Assembly: GCA_963665815.1 (NCBI GenBank) | Contig: OY762463.1 | Span: 640,001-704,000 of the forward strand | DNA: 64,000 nt | Direction: 5' to 3' | Source of the DNA: Candidatus Cloacimonadales bacterium | GTDB taxonomy: Bacteria > Cloacimonadota > Cloacimonadia > Cloacimonadales > JAIOQZ01 | Shown here: one piece after another, positions 54,978 to 64,000 of the stretch | How positions within the stretch are numbered: position 1 is the stretch's first letter | How the letters are laid out: each line of letters starts with the position of its first letter | The notes under the pieces: generated by a model | Told to the model about the DNA's origin: nothing | Database searches by the model: none | Seen by the model: only the letters and a program-made list of their open reading frames with translations | Translations under genes and position numbers: made by a program

Positions 54978-55904
54978 CTACCAGCCACTTAACTTCAGTT
55001 GATTATGTTTCAAATCCTGAAAATCACTCTCATGCAAGTGAATTACAACGTTCTGAAAAGATTGATTAAATGCCAATGCTTTGAAAGCAGTATTATTAAA
55101 ATCAAGACCATAAGCACCTATACTTTTCTGAAAATCTGCTGACCAAAATTTATTGAAATCTGAGGAAAACGTACCGACACTGGATTTCAAACCAGTACTA
55201 AAGAATTTTTCCAGATTCATATTAGTATAAAGTAACTTAGAAAGTTCATCTGAACTTATTGCTTTGTCTGCATCATAGCCAGGAATAATAAAAGCATGAA
55301 TATCACTGTCATTCTGTAGTGCATTACCAATATCCGTATTCTGCATAACAGCCATAAAAAGATTGAATTGATTATCACCTTTATCTGAACTCCATGCAAA
55401 GTTTTTTTGATATTCTAACGCCCATGCACAGAATTTTTGTATATCAATCGAAAAATAGCTTAGAAATGATCCCAGAACTGAATCATTCTCCGAGTTATTT
55501 GTTACATAGTTCTTGTATTGCTCACTTAGCTTATTCACATCCATGTTTTCGAAGTCGACTTCTAAAAACATCTTATTGACACTTCTCATCCAGAGTGCGG
55601 AACCCTTCAACTTATAAATAGCTCTCATTCCCTGTTGAAAGTGATCACTCTGAAGCATTTTTACGAACTTTTCATCTTTCATGGCATTCTGCCACTCTGC
55701 ACTCTGAGTAAGCTTTGTCACTTCAGGGCTATCCAGAGTTAAATCCTTTTCAGACATCTGTTTTCCCCTGAACTTCTCAGCTTTCTGAACACCACCAAGG
55801 GTTCCCTGAGTGTTATTATTATCAGTTAAAGGCCAGTTTTTGGCAACATACATTATCCCTGCAGCTATTACAAAAACGACGACCAAAATAATGATTTTTT
55901 TCAA
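54978..55904 (-). CDS. Hypothetical N-terminally anchored or exported protein with short helical repeats
   Basis: GGAGG RBS with TTG start; hydrophobic N-terminus; recurring SxxFQx-like units. Confidence 0.8.
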   Translation of the reverse strand: MKKIIILVVVFVIAAGIMYVAKNWPLTDNNNTQGTLGGVQKAEKFRGKQMSEKDLTLDSPEVTKLTQSAEWQNAMKDEKFVKMLQSDHFQQGMRAIYKLKGSALWMRSVNKMFLEVDFENMDVNKLSEQYKNYVTNNSENDSVLGSFLSYFSIDIQKFCAWALEYQKNFAWSSDKGDNQFNLFMAVMQNTDIGNALQNDSDIHAFIIPGYDADKAISSDELSKLLYTNMNLEKFFSTGLKSSVGTFSSDFNKFWSADFQKSIGAYGLDFNNTAFKALAFNQSFQNVVIHLHESDFQDLKHNQLKLSGW

Positions 55905-55919
55905 TTTTTCCTCCAGTGA

Positions 55920-56243
55920 TTAAAATTTTTCTATCGAATTTTCCAGTTTATCATCAATATTCAGAATTCTTGAAAATCCTGCTATATCGAATATCTCTTT
56001 TATGAACTCTTTCATACAGCATAATCTGAAATGACCACCATTTTTTTTCATTTTTTTGGCATTCATCAGGATTATCCTTAATCCGGCACTACTGATGTAT
56101 TCCAGCCCAGAAAAATCCATTATAATTTTCATGTTATCTACAGATTTCATCTTCTGACCCAGCTTATCAAATGTATTGGAATCAAGTCTACCGGATAGTT
56201 TTATTATCAAAACATCATTATACAAGACTTCAGTAATATCCAT
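55920..56243 (-). CDS. STAS anti-sigma-factor antagonist (RsbV/SpoIIAA-like)
   Basis: LSGRLD, DFSGLEYISSAGLR (phospho-Ser), IFDIAGF. Confidence 0.93.
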   Translation of the reverse strand: MDITEVLYNDVLIIKLSGRLDSNTFDKLGQKMKSVDNMKIIMDFSGLEYISSAGLRIILMNAKKMKKNGGHFRLCCMKEFIKEIFDIAGFSRILNIDDKLENSIEKF

Positions 56244-56245
56244 TC

Positions 56246-56665
56246 TTACTCCTTTATTATCTTTTTTAAAACTAATATATTATGTTCATTATCTCTTGAG
56301 TATCTTACATCATCCATTTTTTCTTTGACCAGCATAATTCCCAGTCCTCCAATCTCCATCTCATCAATTTCCAAATCAAGATCAGGTGTATCACTTTCAA
56401 GAGGATTAAATGCTTTGCCATCGTCAGTAATAGTGAGTTCCAGTGTATCACCATTGTAATCATAGGAGACATGGATAATGTGTTTTTCAGTATCATCAAA
56501 ACCATAGGAGATAATATTCGTCAGAATCTCATCAAGTGAAAGAGTTAAATCAAAAACTGATTTCACGGGGAAATCCAGTTTCTCTCCGATACTTTCTATC
56601 CATTCAACAACTTTTCCAATTTCCGGAATCTTATTCTCTATTTCGATTTTATCTGTATGTTTCAT
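56246..56665 (-). CDS. Anti-sigma Ser kinase (RsbW/SpoIIAB-like HATPase)
   Basis: DEILTNIISYG, ITDDGKAFNP, IGGLGIMLV. Confidence 0.93.
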   Translation of the reverse strand: MKHTDKIEIENKIPEIGKVVEWIESIGEKLDFPVKSVFDLTLSLDEILTNIISYGFDDTEKHIIHVSYDYNGDTLELTITDDGKAFNPLESDTPDLDLEIDEMEIGGLGIMLVKEKMDDVRYSRDNEHNILVLKKIIKE

Positions 56666-56671
56666 AATATC

Positions 56672-58570
56672 TCACATATTACGTTTGAGGAACAATAATG
56701 TAATATCATCGAACTGCCTGTTCCTCTGAAAATCAGCTAACTGGTCAGTTAACTTATTAATCAATTCTTCCATTGTCAGAGAATGATTCTCCTCAAGATA
56801 GTTAAGAAACCTATCCTCTCCGAACAAGTTATTGTCTGCATCAGTAGCTTCAATTACGCCATCTGTATACAGTATAAGAGATTCATTAACATCAAGTTTT
56901 ATTTCACCATTATGAAATTCATGTTCATCATCAATACCAAGTGCTATATCCTGTTCTGTCTTCACAACTTTGGAAATCCCTGATTCAGATATAATTATCG
57001 GATAATCATGACCGGCATTGGAATATGTCAGTACTCCGGTTGAAACATCATAGAATCCAAGAAACAATGTGGTGAACATGCAGGCGTCATTATCCTGACA
57101 AAGTATGTAATTTGCTTTATTCAGTGCTTCAGCAGGTGTTAAATCAACTGTACAAACCGTTTTCAGCAGGGTTCTGGTTACAGCCATAAACAATCCGGCA
57201 GAAATCCCCTTTCCGGAAACATCTGCCATAATTACAGCAAGAACGTTATCATTCAAAAAAAAGAAATCGTAAAAGTCACCGGCAACCTCTTTTGCTGCAA
57301 TATTCTTTGCATATAAGTCAAATTCTTTTCTGTGAGGGAAAGCAGGGAAAATCTGAGGAAGAAGCGATTCCTGAATCTGACGGGCAATTCTCATTTCACT
57401 TTCTACGGCTTCTTTTGCCTGAGTCACACTGGTGAGATTACTGATGTATTGCTTCAAGTCTGCAACCATCTTAACAAATGAATGCTGAAGAGCCGCAATC
57501 TCATCCTGGCTGTCATTTGTTTCCATCTTGACATCTAATTCACCATAAGCAATTCTTTCGGTTACATCAACCAGTTTTTTCATCGGCACAGAAAAACGTT
57601 TTGCAGAAATAATAATTATAACCAATACAATAATCAATCCTGAAAACATTATGAGAAACTGCTTAATCACGTTTTTTCTGACTTCTGACAATACAATTTC
57701 TTCCGGTATTACAGCGGCAAAGCTCCATCCTGTTGACTGTATAGGTGTATAAACAATCCACTTTTTTTGATCATTATCAAGATCGTTATAACTCTCTATC
57801 CCACTCTCTCCTGCCAGCATACTTCTGCCAAGCTCTCTCAGTTCAGGTCTTCCGTATTGTTCTGCAAGGCTGAATATAGACTCGACCATGATATAATCCT
57901 CTCGCGGATGATATATAAATGTCCCGTTTTTACTGATTATAAATGTATAACCATTCATTATCTTTATATTACTTAGCATTTCAGACATGACTTTCAAAGA
58001 AATATCAGCATAAGAAACTCCAATAACCTTATCTTTTTTAATAATAGGATATGCCCGTAACATCAGCAGTGTTTTGCTAATTCTACCCCAGAATGGATCA
58101 GACCAGTATCCCTTTTTTAATACTGCCGGGATTACAAACCAGTCCTCTTTTAGATAATCGTATTGTGCAGCAACATCAGACATTGCGAATTCGCCGTCTT
58201 TTCTGTGAATAAAATTTGCATACTTCTTATTCTTGAAAGCTTCAGGATAAAATGCTACTCCCGAGCCAACATTATCCGGATCGCTTTCCAGTTCCTTAAC
58301 AACAAAATCGAAAACCAGGTCTTCATTATAGGTGTCGGTTGACTCTACCAGATTTCTTATACTGTTTGAAGTCTGAGACAGTTGCTCGAACTCTCTATCA
58401 AGCTTTTGAGCATTGTGACGAGTAAGCTCTTTTAAATACCTTTTTGTTTGATCAAGAGCATTATTCTTATTAATTATATAATTGTAAATGAGAACAAACA
58501 TATAGATTATTATTAGAGGGATTCCAAGTCTAGCTGTGAGCTTAAGCCATATTGGTCTTTTAATTTTCAT
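56672..58570 (-). CDS. dCache-HAMP-PP2C (SpoIIE/RsbU-like) sensor phosphatase
   Basis: Two TM helices flanking a Cache domain (DWF...WSDPF...FIYHP), HAMP DEIAAL, VAGDFYDF, ADVSGKG, YTDGV, DDIT. Confidence 0.92.
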   Translation of the reverse strand: MKIKRPIWLKLTARLGIPLIIIYMFVLIYNYIINKNNALDQTKRYLKELTRHNAQKLDREFEQLSQTSNSIRNLVESTDTYNEDLVFDFVVKELESDPDNVGSGVAFYPEAFKNKKYANFIHRKDGEFAMSDVAAQYDYLKEDWFVIPAVLKKGYWSDPFWGRISKTLLMLRAYPIIKKDKVIGVSYADISLKVMSEMLSNIKIMNGYTFIISKNGTFIYHPREDYIMVESIFSLAEQYGRPELRELGRSMLAGESGIESYNDLDNDQKKWIVYTPIQSTGWSFAAVIPEEIVLSEVRKNVIKQFLIMFSGLIIVLVIIIISAKRFSVPMKKLVDVTERIAYGELDVKMETNDSQDEIAALQHSFVKMVADLKQYISNLTSVTQAKEAVESEMRIARQIQESLLPQIFPAFPHRKEFDLYAKNIAAKEVAGDFYDFFFLNDNVLAVIMADVSGKGISAGLFMAVTRTLLKTVCTVDLTPAEALNKANYILCQDNDACMFTTLFLGFYDVSTGVLTYSNAGHDYPIIISESGISKVVKTEQDIALGIDDEHEFHNGEIKLDVNESLILYTDGVIEATDADNNLFGEDRFLNYLEENHSLTMEELINKLTDQLADFQRNRQFDDITLLFLKRNM

Positions 58571-59516
58571 TGTCTGCTCCTTCAGGATCATAAATGAAAT
58601 CATTATACTCAATCTTATTTTTAATCATTTTCTGATTAAACAGAGCTTCTCTCACATTTTTATACTTGGATTCGTCCAGTTCACCAAAAGTATCATCTGT
58701 GAAAGCAGATTCAAGTATAGTTTCCAGCATCCACCTCTGCTCAGCATAGTTTGTTTTCAGTTTCCACTTAGAACAATATTCAAGAACCTTATTGATAGTC
58801 TCTTCCTTATTATCTCTGGCATACTCCCAGCCTCTTTTCACTGCTTTTCTGACACTATCTACTTCATTTCTATTTGATTCCATGTATTTAGAGGTAACGT
58901 ATAAGCCATCTTCCGGGAAGTTCATATCTGGATCTTTGGAAAAGAATATTGTGTTCATCTCATCGAAGTTTTTTCCTGCCAGATACAACTTGTAATATTC
59001 ATTGTAGTACATTGCTGCTGTGGCTTCGCAGGCACCGGATAAAAACAGGTCCATATTATAAGAACCTTCAATTCTATCAAATTTCAAATTATGCTTTCGG
59101 ATAAATGCATTGAATGACACATCAAAATCACCACTCCAGAGTCTGATTTTTCTGCCGTTCAAGTTATCAGGTGTCTCAATCCCGCTTTTACTGTCAGAAA
59201 CAATCATCAACGAGGAGTTTTGCAATATCTGCATAATATTTACAACTGATTTGTCATCATTATTTCTAATTGCACCTGTCAGCCAGGCTGTACAATAATC
59301 GATTTCACCGGATTTCAACTCATTAATCAAATTCTGAGAACCATCGGAAAAAATGAACTCAACTTCAAGATTGTTTTCTTCAAAGAATCCCTTTTCTTCT
59401 GCCATGATAAAACCAGCAAACTGGGCTTGAGGGTACCACTGAAATTTCATTTTAATAACATCTGCATTACAGTATACTGATACAAAAAAAATCATTATTA
59501 CAATTGCTTTTCTCAT
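58560..59516 (-). CDS. NMT1/THI5-like substrate-binding protein
   Basis: Signal peptide, QWYPQAQFAGF..AEEKGFF, YYNE, GWEYA. Confidence 0.88.
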   Translation of the reverse strand: MRKAIVIMIFFVSVYCNADVIKMKFQWYPQAQFAGFIMAEEKGFFEENNLEVEFIFSDGSQNLINELKSGEIDYCTAWLTGAIRNNDDKSVVNIMQILQNSSLMIVSDSKSGIETPDNLNGRKIRLWSGDFDVSFNAFIRKHNLKFDRIEGSYNMDLFLSGACEATAAMYYNEYYKLYLAGKNFDEMNTIFFSKDPDMNFPEDGLYVTSKYMESNRNEVDSVRKAVKRGWEYARDNKEETINKVLEYCSKWKLKTNYAEQRWMLETILESAFTDDTFGELDESKYKNVREALFNQKMIKNKIEYNDFIYDPEGADNEN

Positions 59517-59925
59517 TAATTGTTCCCTTATTCCTGTTTGATTTCCGGATTTTATGTATATTTATACAATAATATTAACATATATGTAAAAATGTCCACA
59601 TAAAAAAAGAGGTTAGTATACAGTGCTACTTTAAAAATCTGCTCAATTTCACTGTTGATAGTAAATTAACAATTATCTATACAAATGTAAAATTTCTACT
59701 ATCACAACATCAACACATGTTTTTTCATTTTCAAAATCTTGTCTTATACAGCAGGCTATGAGTATATTTTCTCGAATGATGAATATAGTTAATATGTAAA
59801 ATAAATGATTAACTAACTCAACTAACTTACAGTCTTAAAAGTATAACAAAAATTGACACTGACTTCAGGAATACCTTCATTGAAAGTTAATGTTAGAAAT
59901 ACTTCCTGTAATATACTCTTAGCTC

Positions 59926-64000
<4,075 letters not shown>

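Noticed and set aside
59517-59925. 409-bp AT-rich intergenic region as an ncRNA or regulatory array
   Set aside because: I could discern no stable hairpin or repeated motif; it probably just holds the promoter of the downstream cluster

Overview
AT-rich bacterial chromosomal window with about 50 protein-coding genes and no rRNA, tRNA or CRISPR array that I can support. Three exported proteins end in the NYPNPFNP...IYNIKGQKV...SGVYF...KMxLxK C-terminal domain, which points to an FCB-group organism, probably Cloacimonadota-like (inference). Core and metabolic genes include alr, hppA, a long nagB, metG, lysC, malQ, prxU, GH13, GH29 and GH2 hydrolases and ABC transporter parts. The best candidate for an undescribed system is a 7-gene minus-strand cluster (59516->50926). 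It joins an NMT1/THI5-type binding protein and a Cache-HAMP-PP2C / RsbW / STAS partner switch to an anchored repeat protein, a gluzincin-propeller-barrel outer-membrane protein and a PrsW protease, with no sigma factor in the window. Other notable items: (2) a variable region downstream of nagB holding a synonymously diverged copy of the nagB 3' end, two orphan lipoproteins, REP-like hairpins and an IS remnant; (3) a kinase-TM-LRR-TM-FGE receptor-like protein; (4) a degenerate cNMP-GGDEF protein; (5) a circularly permuted binding protein whose ABC ATPase carries a dead RsbW-like domain; (6) a palindromic duplication of the prxU 3' end. All family calls come from motif recognition by eye, with no database search.
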